NCBI GenBank assembly: GCA_013265495.1
Contig: MU061168.1
Span: 1,710,209 to 1,774,208, forward strand
Reading direction: 5' to 3'
Length of the DNA: 64,000 bases
From: Vicugna vicugna
Lineage: Eukaryota
Shown: one piece after another, positions 50,754 to 61,870 of the stretch
Layout: each line of letters opens with the position of its first letter
Numbering within the stretch: the first letter of the stretch is position 1
Notes under the pieces: model-generated
What the model was told of the DNA's origin: nothing
Databases searched by the model: none
Seen by the model: only the letters and a program-made list of their open reading frames with translations
Translations under genes and position numbers: made by a program

Positions 50754-50843
50754 AGAAAGAAAGAGAGGAAGACAAGGAAGAAAGGAAGGAAGAAAGGAAG
50801 GAAAGCAGGAAGGAAGGAAAGAAGGAAGGAAGGATGGAAGGAA
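50754..50843. repeat. (GGAA)n-rich polypurine tract
   Basis: aaggaagaaaggaaggaagaaaggaaggaaagcaggaaggaagg... Confidence 0.88.
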
Positions 50844-51429
50844 ATACATCATGGTTCCTGCCCTTAAAGAACTATCAGATTAGTGGAGAAGACAGATCAG
50901 TTCAATAAGTCCTTAAGGTGCAGTGTTAAAGGTGGCTACGGGGAAAGCAGGATGACAAAAAAGATCATTTCCACTGATAGAAAGATAATCCGGAGTGGTC
51001 AAGAAAGCTTTAATAAGTTCACATCTTGCAAGTAGGGGTCGCTAGTAAAGAGTGAGCCAGCCCTCTCTCATTTGTAAGAATGAAACACTAGGTGGAATGT
51101 CAAGGGAATTTTAGTCCTGAAACCATCATAGAGAAGCCATGCAACCTTGATGCACTCACTTTACCCCTTGGAACCTTAATTGCTTCAATAGGGCAAGCAC
51201 ATCGTCCTCGAAGATCTCTGACATTGCTCTGTGTTTCATGACTTCAGACTCTGTATTAAAACCCTTTTCTGCTGCTGTGTACTTTAACAGGACTCCTCAG
51301 TGATCTCAGGCAGCTTACAAAGCTTTGGAAAGGGGAAAAGCCTCACATTTATTTAAGCTACTTTGGTGATGGCATTTGTGAGCTTTACCTATTCAAATAC
51401 ACATTTTCATGATTATGCTTGCATTTGAA

Positions 51430-51625
51430 TTATGCTACTGACACATACAATAAATCAAGGAAGTGCTCTTTTCTACATTGTGTTATTATCGGCACTCCCA
51501 TTTTATAGATGAAAAAACTAAGAGTCAGAGAGAATGAAAAGCTTGCATAACCTAACTTGATAAGGTGAAAATAGGTTTTACAAAAAAACTGTGCATTCTG
51601 AGCACCTGACTCCAAAGCCAGTGTT
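51430..51625 (-). mobile_element. MIR SINE
   Basis: cccattttatagatgaaaaaactaagagtcagagag...ctgactccaaagcc. Confidence 0.75.
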
Positions 51626-52544
51626 CAGGCTGGGATGCAGGTCTTTATCACTCGGAGGACAGAATGCTGTAATTTTCCTTTCTTGAGAATTTCTTTGAAA
51701 ATCTTCTCAATACAACAATTCTTGCAGAATGTAACAGTACAACTTTTCTTTGTGACACAATCCCTGGGGAACTGATCACATCTTTCTCACTGATGGCACT
51801 AGTCCTACGGCAAAAACAGTCTGAAATCAGTTATTGCTTTCTGTAACAAGACAGAAATTAGTTCAAACCTTTCTTTCCTTCTCGAATGGGGACAAAATAG
51901 TCAGTCTTCTGGTTTCTCCTTCTGAACTACATTGTGTCCAAAAAACTAGAATGTAAATTGAAAAAATTTGCTCTTTAAAATATTTCCTAGGTCTTCAGCC
52001 CCAGAATTGGGATTCTGTTTTAAAGCCTGGGTTTTTGTTTGCTGATTGGTTATTTCTATTGATGATAGAGAAACCAAACAAATGAGCTAACTCTAATTTG
52101 GGGCTTAAAGAACAGTCTCCCTGGGCACTGCATTTGCCTTGACCCCAAAGTCAAGACTAAGACTAAACTAAAAATCGTTTTCCACTGCTTCCAGGTCCAG
52201 TGCTAGGTGTGTCTTCTCTTTTGGCTCAGAAGCTGCTCCAGGTCCTCTTCCTACCACCTCCTTTGAATCTTCTCTGGGTTCAGCTACTCCAAGTCTCCAC
52301 CTTCTCAACTGGACTTCAGATTTTTCGATAAATTCTTTGGGATGGGTGACTACATCTTGCTTTGTTTTTATTTCTCACAGTGGAACAGCTTTATAGTTCT
52401 GATTAAATAATGTGTCCTCATTATGAAAAAAACAAGCAATATGCAAAAGTATGAGGAAACAGGCGAAAAAAATCACATGACATCCCAAAATATTGTTGGC
52501 CCCCTTTTAATACATATATTTATGAATTTAGATACAAACACACA

Positions 52545-52710
52545 ATTTTTTTTCAATTTTATTTATTTTTAAATTTTTTGGCTTTTTTTGATTTACAATG
52601 TTGTATCAGTTTCTGGTGTATGGCATAGTGATTCAGTGATATATATATACACACACACACACCCCTATATATATATATATATATACACATACACACACAT
52701 ATTCTTTAGA
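52545..52710 (-). mobile_element. Short cetartiodactyl L1 3' tail with (TA)/(CA) microsatellite
   Basis: gatttacaatgttgtatcagtttctggtgtatggcatagtgattcagt. Confidence 0.85.
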
Positions 52711-52799
52711 ATACAAACATATAATTTTAATAAACCAGTTATCTTACATACTATTTTTGTCATGACCACTGTTTATGTAGTCTTTTACTTTTGTATGAC

Positions 52800-54655
52800 C
52801 TTTTCCCTCCCTATGAATACTTTGTCTCTGCTATTCCCTCACATAACCAGTGGAAACATGTATTTTCATATGCAATACATACGTATTTTCCAGAACTTTC
52901 TGCGTGCAGACATAATCATATTCAGACAAATGAACATACTGGAGTTTCTCTGGTCATTTTTAAACAGAATTCTTGCTTTTCTGTACTTCTCTATCCACCA
53001 CTTTATCTATTAATATGGTTTATGTTTACATAAATATATGTAAATATTTAAATATAAACAAAATCTATTTATACTATATTTTCTGGCCATAATTTTGAAA
53101 ATTGTTTATGTAATAAAATATGTTTATTTGTCTTCATAATTTCTGGGTTTGCTGTCTTGGTTAAAATGATATTTCCAACCTAAGGTTATACATGTAATCT
53201 GTATTTTCTTTTAAGATTTTTTTAACTTTATGTTTTACACTTGTCTTTTATCCATTTGTTATTTTCATATTGTGTAAAAAGATCTCCAACTTCACTTTAT
53301 TTTCCCAAATGGATTGCCCATTGTGCCAGCACTATTCATTAAAGAGACCATTCCTTTTCTACTAGATTAAAATGTCACTGTTTTCATATATGAAATTCTT
53401 GCACATATCAAGATCTATTTCTAGGCTCTTAATTGCCTTTCAATGATTTGTTTGCTTTTTTTAAAACCAATATAGGACAATTCCCTGAACTTTATCAAAT
53501 CTCATAACAATCCTGGTCATTCTCAGATATTTATTCTTCTTTAAAAATGTTAAGATGATTCCCATACCACTGCCCTCAAAAACAGAAACATATTGGTATT
53601 GGTTGAATTAGTATTTTGGGGTGACATTCAGTCTTCTCATCCAAGAATATGGTATACCTTTCCAATGGAACAGACTTTGTCTTTTATTAAGATTTGATTG
53701 TTCTATGAACGTACATCCTATACCTTTCATGTTAAATTTATTTCTAGGAACTTGATACTCTTTGTCACTGTGTGGATGGAATAGTTTCTCATTTCTTCCA
53801 GCTGATTATAGCTGGTATGTAGAAAACCTATTAATTTTGTATATTTATCTTATATTAGGCTATCTTACCTGCTCTTATTAATAATAGTTCTTTTACTAAC
53901 CTCTTCAGTTTTTATATGTGCAATAACATCAATAAAAGTAAATTTTATTTTTGTAATATTTATTTCATTTTCTTTTGTTTTCAAATTTAGTAGAACTTCC
54001 AAAACAATGTTGATTTTAATGGGAATGGGTTTATTGTTATAATATTACAGTAATATTAGTGTTCATCATTTTGGGTAAATTATTTTTATTATATTTAAGG
54101 AGTTTCTTTTTATTCCTAGCTTTAACTCTAGTTTTTATTAGAAATAGCTGTTAAATTGTATCAACTGATTTTTGTAATTTATTAAAATCATCATATAATT
54201 TTTCTCCTGTAATTTATTCATTAATCAATTACCTAAATAAATATCAAATATAATCCTAAAATAAACCTTACTTGGTCATAATATATTATTCTTTTCATAT
54301 ACTGCTGAGCTTTAATAGGCAATATTTTACATAATAGTTTTATATTTGTCTTGAGACAAATGAGATTGATCTTTAGTATGTTTCTGTCCCCTCTATCTCT
54401 TTATAAAGTTTTTGTGCTAAAGATATATTCATCTCCTAAAATGAATTGTAAGAGCTTTCCCTCTTTAAATGGTTTAGAACACTTTTTAATAATACTGAAA
54501 TTATCTGATTGTTAAAATTTATTAGGTAGAGCTCTGCTTTTAACCTATCCAGCAGATCACTTATCAACTTTATAATCTCTTCTTTTGTAACAGGTTAAGT
54601 TTCCTACTTCTTCTTGGGTCAGAATTGGTAGTTTACATTTTGCTATGAATCATTT
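52800..54655 (-). mobile_element. Degraded old L1 ORF2 region
   Basis: ggattgcccattgtgccagcactattcattaaaga; ttcttgggtcagaattggtagttt (minus strand resembles KLPKLTQEE). Confidence 0.75.
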
Positions 54656-54660
54656 ATTTT

Positions 54661-57440
54661 GAACTGAATGAAAAATGAAAATACAGCTTGTCAAAAGTTA
54701 TGGAATGTAGCTAAAGTGCTCAGAGTGAAAATTACGCTATTAAAAGATATTAGAAAAGAATAAAAGTCTCAAATTACTAAACTAAACTTCTGCCTTAAAA
54801 AACTAGAGAAAGAAGAGCAAATAAGAACTCACATAAAACAGAAGGAAAGAAATAACAAAGACCAGAAATCAATGAATTTGGAAACAGCAAAAGAATAGAG
54901 AAAAATCGATAAAACCAAAAGCTGTTTTACAAAATATCAATGAAACTGATAAGCTTTTAGCCAGTCTTTCAAATTTCAAAGAATCTACACGTACACACAC
55001 ACAGAACTCTCTTAAAACCATAATTGATTTTTTCAGGGTACAGATTAATAAATGAAACTCAATTATATTTCCATACATGAACAGTGAATAAATGGAATTT
55101 AAAATTTAACAGTTACTACTTACAATAGCACCAAAATCTAAAAATAATTAGCTGTGTATAAATGTAGCAAATTACATACAGAATCTCTATGCTGACAACT
55201 AAAAAATTGTCATGAAAGAAATCAAAGAAGATGTAAATAAATGGAGAGATAGAACATGTTTATGGATTGAAAGATTCAACACTGTAAAATATCAGTTTTC
55301 CCCTATTTGGTCTGTAGTTTCAATGTAATCCCAATCAAAACTTCAGTAAGCTTTTATATAGATATTCAAAGGTGATTCTAAAGTGTATACATAAAAACAA
55401 TGGACTAAAATAACCCAGATAATTTTGAAAAGGAGCAAGTTAGAAAACTCACACTATTTAACTTCAAGACTTACTGTAGATCTATAGTAATCAAACCAGT
55501 GTGGTGTTGGTGAAAGGTCAGACACATAGACCAATGGAACTGAAGAAGGCGCCCAAACTAAACCCATATAAATATAGTCAACTGATTTTTGACAAAGATA
55601 CAAACACAGTTTAATGGAGAAAGAGTAACAGTCTCACCATATGGTGATAAATAATTGGATATCCATATACAAAACAAAATCTTAACCTAAGTCTTATAAA
55701 CTTTATATAAAATTTAACACCAAATGGATGTAGATCTAAATGTAAAAGATTAAACTTCACAGCTTCTAGGAGACATCATATATCTACATGATTTTCATTT
55801 AGCAAAGTCTTTCAACACAACACAAACAGGATTCATAAAACAAAAACTATCAAAATTAAAACTTTTTGCTCTGCAAAAGACAATGTTAAGGAACTGAAAA
55901 GACAAACCACACAGTGGGAGAAAATATTTTCAAATTCTATATCTCACAGAGAACTGATATACAGAATTTATAAACAATTTTCAAAGNNNNNNNNNNNNNN
56001 NNNNNNNNNNNNNNNNNNNNNNNNNNNNNNNNNNNNNNNNNNNNNNNNNNNNNNNNNNNNNNNNNNNNNNNNNNNNNNNNNNNNNNNNNNNNNNNNNNNN
56101 NNNNNNNNNNNNNNNNNNNNNNNNNNNNNNNNNNNNNNNNNNNNNNNNNNNNNNNGAACAGCTAGAAATAAAAACCAAGAGAAAAAAGAAAAACTAACAG
56201 TACAATTTGCTGGCAAAGATTCAAAACAACTGAAATGCTCATACATTGCTGATAACATGTAAAATGGTACAGTCATTATAGAAAAACCAAGAAGACTTTG
56301 ATTTTTCCTCATAATGTTAAACATACACTTATATATACACCAACAATCACACTCCTAAGTATTTACCCAATGAAATAAAAACTTATGTTCACACAAAACC
56401 TATATGGAAATGTTTATACTAGTTTTATGCACAGCTGCCAAAACCTGAAAACAACCCAGATGTCCTTCAATAGGTGAATGGATAAACAAACTGGGTGCAT
56501 TCATACAGTGGAATATTATTCAGCGATAAAAAGACACAGACTATTGATTCATCTCACAACATGAATGAATCATAAATGTATTTTGTTTAGTGAAAGAAGT
56601 GAGACCCAAAAGACACAATGAATTATTTAATTATATAATTGTCTCGAAAAGGCAAAATTATAGACAACAAAATGATCAGTCATTACTAGGAATTGGGAAT
56701 GACGAGAGTGGTTGACTAGAAAGGGGCAACAAAAGGGAATTTTTGGATCAGTGGAATTGTTTTGTATGGTACTGTGGTTGTAAATATATAGCTGTATATA
56801 TTTGTCGAATCCCGTAGAACTGTACACCACAAACAGTGACTTCTACCATGTGCGAAGTTTTAAAAATTAACCAAAATGTCCAGGAAATCCAAGATGAAAT
56901 ACAGACAAATGAATCTAACCATGGTACAAATAAGTGACTTGGCCACACTGAAGTGGGTAAGACAAAACAGGAACTGATCTAAGTAAAGGGCCCATCACTA
57001 CTATGGTAATCTTCTCCAAATCCATNNNNNNNNNNNNNNNNNNNNNNNNNNNNNNNNNNNNNNNNNNNNNNNNNNNNNNNNNNNNNNNNNNNNNNNNNNN
57101 NNNNNNNNNNNNNNNNNNNNNNNNNNNNNNNNNNNNNNNNNNNNNNNNNNNNNNNNNNNNNNNNNNCTAAGAAAATCCAACTACTAAGTACCACATGGTA
57201 TCATGAATTAGATGTTGGGACAACAACAAAAAGGGACATTAGTGGAAAAACTGGCGGAATCTAAATAAAGTCTGTAGTTTAGTTAATAGAATTGTGCCAA
57301 TGTTAATTTCTTATTTTTTGATAACTGTGGCATGGTCATAGAGAGAAAATAGATGAGGGGTAGACAGGAACTCTCTACTATGTTTCTAACTCCTCTCTAA
57401 GTCTAAATTTTTTTCAAAGTAAAATGTTAAAAATAAAAAA
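54661..57440 (+). mobile_element. L1MC/MD-like element: ORF2 with internal deletion, long 3'UTR, two N-blocks
   Basis: LNFCLKKLEKEEQI, DKLLASL, MYQNPK-like FKEST, downstream ORF2 landmarks, then 3'UTR ending gtctaaatttttttcaaagtaaaatgttaaaaataaaaaa. Confidence 0.9.
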
Positions 57441-58094
57441 TTATACCTATATCTTTATATCTGATATCTATCTGATCAACTCAGCTCAAAGTCTAAAGTT
57501 GTCCAGCTTCAGGGAGACTTCAGCCATCTTTGCATGGAGATGGGAAAGTTTTTCCAGAAACCCTCACACAAGCTGGTGTTGTCCTTCTTTGATAAACAGA
57601 ATCTGATATGCAGATTCCTAAGCATCAGATCTCTTTTCTGATTCTCAGCTCATGAATCCCTCACCACTAGTTCTCAAGCTCTTATTAAGCCCAGAGAAGA
57701 AAAAGTCCTACCCATGTATACCACTTGGCCTGGGAGAACCTAACTCTGGTTCAGATCCACTAGTCTCCAGTTATCTGCTGGCCCTTATAATCTGATTCTC
57801 AATGCAGAAAATTTATGGACAAGTTGGAGTTAGGAAGAGAGGCTAGCCAAAAATCTGCAAGCATCACCTTTAAGAACTACCTCAGTTCCATGCACAACCC
57901 ACAAACGCACCAGGCCATTCCTTCATGTTCAGTTCGTTCCAATGGGACATCACATTCCCAGACCAGGAGGCCTTAACTTCCCAGAACCCATCTATTCTAG
58001 AGTGGGCTGGACAAAAAGTTACCTTTCTAGATCCTATTATTTATTATTATTAATCACTAGCCTGCTAGTGATGGCAATAGGTTTAATCTGGTTT

Positions 58095-58185
58095 GTCAAC
58101 TCCACAATTCATTCGTCCTTCAGGAAATATTTATTGAGCACAAAGAAAGTTCCAGGTACTGCCCTAGGTTTTAAAGATACATCAG
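58095..58185 (-). mobile_element. L2 3' tail
   Basis: attcattcgtccttcaggaaatatttattgagcac...ccaggtactgccctagg. Confidence 0.75.
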
Positions 58186-58699
58186 AGATCCCCAAGCCTT
58201 TAGTAACTCCTTTCAGTAGTCCTGTATTGAAGAGCCTTTGAGACCACATCTGAGCTGAGAAAAGAGAGAATGGCGTGTTGCAGTTAATTAATGGCACCTG
58301 GCATGGACAGAAGATTTGAACACATACGGCAGCATTCAGGTCAAGTATTTGTGATCTCTGCCCTAGAATAACCCTCATTTTACTTCTGGGTTAGATAGGA
58401 TATCTTTCTATTCTACTTTGAGACTATCTTTTTGTGACTTGCTGAAATTTTTCTGATTCTGGGACACATAACAAATTTTGTATTAAATTTAGATCTACAA
58501 ACCTTCTAGCCTCCTCCTTAGCTTGCTACATGTTGTCTCATCTTTTTAATCCAACAACTACAAAAACACTTCTCTAGAGGATTTTAGTCCCTTTTCCTTA
58601 AGCACAACTTGGTAGAAATTAAAAGGGACAGAATATTATAGCTTTTGGACAATGTCAGTTGCTGTAAGAGTCATTTTAAAATTAAAAAGGAGTAATTTC

Positions 58700-59760
58700 C
58701 TGTTGTTAAGGGAGGAAAACCACTCCTTTCCTATTAAGTATTTTGAGTCCTTGTTGCTGTTGAACTGGAGAGTGAACATCTCCTTAAATTTTGTACCCTA
58801 GGCACCTCATTTGTCTCATCTTAAGTCCAAGGCCTAACTGTCATAACTTTGTAAGTAACTGTTCTTTTCTCTCTGACTGTATTAAAGATTCTCTCTTCTT
58901 CTTAGGTATTCCCTGTAATATGACTAAACATAGATTTATTTTTATTTATTTTGAATATTATAATTCTTATCTCTCATCAATGCAGAAAAATTCTCATCTA
59001 TTATCTCTTAAAATATTATTTCTTCTTCATTAGCTTGGTTCTGTTCTTCTGGGAGTCTGATTTGATGGGTGTTACTTCATCTCTTTGCCTCTCTATACTA
59101 CATGCTGAATAATTTTTCAGATTCATATTCTAATTCATCAATTCTTTATCCAGCCATGTCTAGTTGGCCTTTAAGCCATACATTATTTTTTAATCTCAAG
59201 TATTATATATTTGTTTCTGGAGGTTCTGTTTGGTTCTCTTTAAAACCTGCCTCCTTCTCAGTCTTTTCTTTGATAATCATAGGTTAAATTTCTTCTTTGA
59301 TCCCTTCAAATATTTATGTGTGCTTATTTTATATGTTGTGCCTGATAGTTAGGAAATCTGGGCTTTGTGGTCTGAGTTTGCTATTTATAGACAGAGTGAG
59401 GAATCTCTCACTTATGGTGCCTATTGACCTTAAGCCTTGTACCTGTTCTTGGATCAGCCCTTGAAAATGGAAGCTCGAATTTGTTTGGAAAAGGCAGCTA
59501 TCCCAGGGGTGCCATTGGCTCATTGTCCACTTATTTTTCTGGATTATTGCTTTAGTATTACTTTCAGCCTTAAGTATTGTTCTCCCTTTGGTCAGCTTAG
59601 CTGTGAATTAAACCTATGTATAGTTAAATGTTTTAACCAGCACTTTCAAGTATTTTACATGAGAGGGGTTTTCACAATATTTTAGTTCACTATATAGCCA
59701 GAAACAGGTGTCTTTATCATGTTTATTTCTACCTTCATTTGTTGTTCAAATTTCACATGT
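58700..59760 (-). mobile_element. Degraded old L1 5' (ORF1) region
   Basis: T-rich antisense L1 text (atattatttcttcttcattagc; ttctaattcatcaattctttatccagccatgtctag). Confidence 0.6.
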
Positions 59761-60539
59761 GTATATAATTGAGCTATTTATTCATTTTAATGCACAGCCA
59801 GGTCTGTCAGGTTATAGCACTTTAAAGGACACAGCTTCCTTTCTGCACATGCCCACACCCTTCTTTTCACTGCCCATCACTGAAATCTATTAACTAAAAT
59901 GAATCTAAACAAAACACAGCAGTGTCTTCTATCAGAAATGTAAATGCTTATAAAACATCATCTTATGGATGAAAATAAAGGGTGCATTTTTATAATTAGA
60001 ATCCTTTTCTCTTCTCCAGCTCTGTGTCCTGCCTAACAGTGGTAAAGGGACAAATCACAACTCTGGTAAACCAGAGTAGCCAGAGATGGAATATGAATAC
60101 TTAAGCCATAATCATACCATTATAGCAGACAAAATGTATCTATTCAGCAGATAGCTGCTAAACACCAGGGACACCATAGCAAATGAGGTCCACCCAAACC
60201 CCGAGATGACACGGAGCACATGCGGTGTGAAATGCTAACACTCACACAAGCAGAATCAGTCCATGTCGGGCGCTGTCCCACCACCATATTTAGCTCCTGA
60301 GGGGGTCTCCCGTTATTTTTTTTCTTCCTCTTCCCGAATATGTAGCCTCCATAGTGAAAAATCTGGGAGGAAACTTAACTCTCCCTGTAGCTGAAAGATT
60401 AAATAAAATGTACACAATAGCCAACAAAACTCAGCAAGTCCCTCCATTTTGCCCTTTTGAAGGGAAATAGCTTTCTCCCCAAGAAAGAGAAATTTTAAGT
60501 TGTATTCATTAAAAATGGCTGGCTGATACAGTTTGTATG

Positions 60540-60960
60540 TTTGAGCAAGTCTGCCTGTTTAATATAATGCACTGCCCGATTTAAAAGAAGTGGTCCCTTA
60601 TTACAGATACGATTTATTCTTAGATAAATCACTGATTTATGGCTCACAGGGGTCTATATTTAATACTGTCAAAAAATGAAAGGACACCCCAAACTATCTG
60701 CAGTGCCACAGCTCCTCGTCCTGAAAAGGATCTGANNNNNNNNNNNNNNNNNNNNNNNNNNNNNNNNNNNNNNNNNNNNNNNNNNNNNNNNNNNNNNNNN
60801 NNNNNNNNNNNNNNNNNNNNNNNNNNNNNNNNNNNNNNNNNNNNNNNNNNNNNNNNNNNNNNNNNNNNNNNNNNNNNNNNNNNNNNNNNNNNNNNNNNNG
60901 GAAAATTGGTTGTGTTTGTGTCATTTAAAAAAATCTGCAGCTAGACAGGACTCTGTTTTA
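60540..60960. promoter_or_regulatory. Candidate HOX-PBX-MEIS enhancer with N-masked core 60736-60899
   Basis: ATAAATCA-C-TGATTTAT palindrome 60624-60640 (TGATTTATGG), CGATTTAT 60610-60617, CTGTCA 60666-60671. Confidence 0.5.
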
Positions 60961-61289
60961 ATGTTTGCTAGAGGAAAGTTCATCACTAAAACAAATATAG
61001 CTTCTTGATGGTAATGGATAAATTTGACTAGAGAAATAATGGAAAACCTATAGAAAAACAGGAAATATGTTTCCCCAATCTTACTGTTATCATCAATTGA
61101 ATGAAATGTAGTGCCGACGGCCAAAAATAACTACATAAAAAACTCATGTAGCACCAGTTCCCGATTCTTAGAGTAGGAACCTATGCCTTTATTTTCACTC
61201 TGAGATTTCACCCACTTTTATCAGTGTAGAATCAATGTGGATAACTTTTAGATCGACAACTTCTGCCCTGATCTCTCACCTTTTCAGAA

Positions 61290-61870
61290 CACACTTGGAT
61301 ACTCCAATGTCACACCAGATTCAACGGAACCAATACGCAGCCTTAACCCCTTTTCTTCATTTTCTTTCAAGCTGAATTCCCTCTCAGCTTCATCATTTTA
61401 CTCAAGGGCACCAGAACTCTTCTGGTCTCCCAGTGAAGATCTGAAGATATCTTTCACTTCAGTCTTTTGGTTCGGCAGCTGATCTGTCACCAAATCACAA
61501 CATCCCTCTCCTGAAATGCCCCTTGGATGTACCCCCTTACTCTCTGCTCCCACTGCCAGCAGCCAAGCCCAGCTCACACCGCTGCAGGTCTGACTTCAAA
61601 GGCTTCTTTGTGGAGCTCCCAGGCTCCATCCATTCCTGTTGCTCTATACCTTTGAGGTCATCCTTTTGAGTTTAACTCCAAGATGCACACTAAAGAGCTT
61701 CTGCCTTCTTTCTCCAACATTACAGCTTGTTTTCTCCAGCATCACACCCATCCCCATCCCCACCTTTTTGCCTATTTTGCTTTCCATCCTGGGAATGTCA
61801 ACCTTCCCATCTCTTAATCTCTGCCTGCCCAAATCCAGCTCATCTTTCAAATCCACATAGGTAAACTCAG
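61290..61870 (+). mobile_element. L2 fragment (end of ORF2 / 3' region)
   Basis: ctgtcaccaaatc...ctgctcccactgcc...cctgcccaaatccagctcatctttcaa. Confidence 0.7.

Noticed and set aside
60694-60735. Minus-strand peptide SDPFQDEELWHCR after the mask
   Set aside because: I do not recognise it, no convincing splice signals frame it, and the flank looks like an enhancer.
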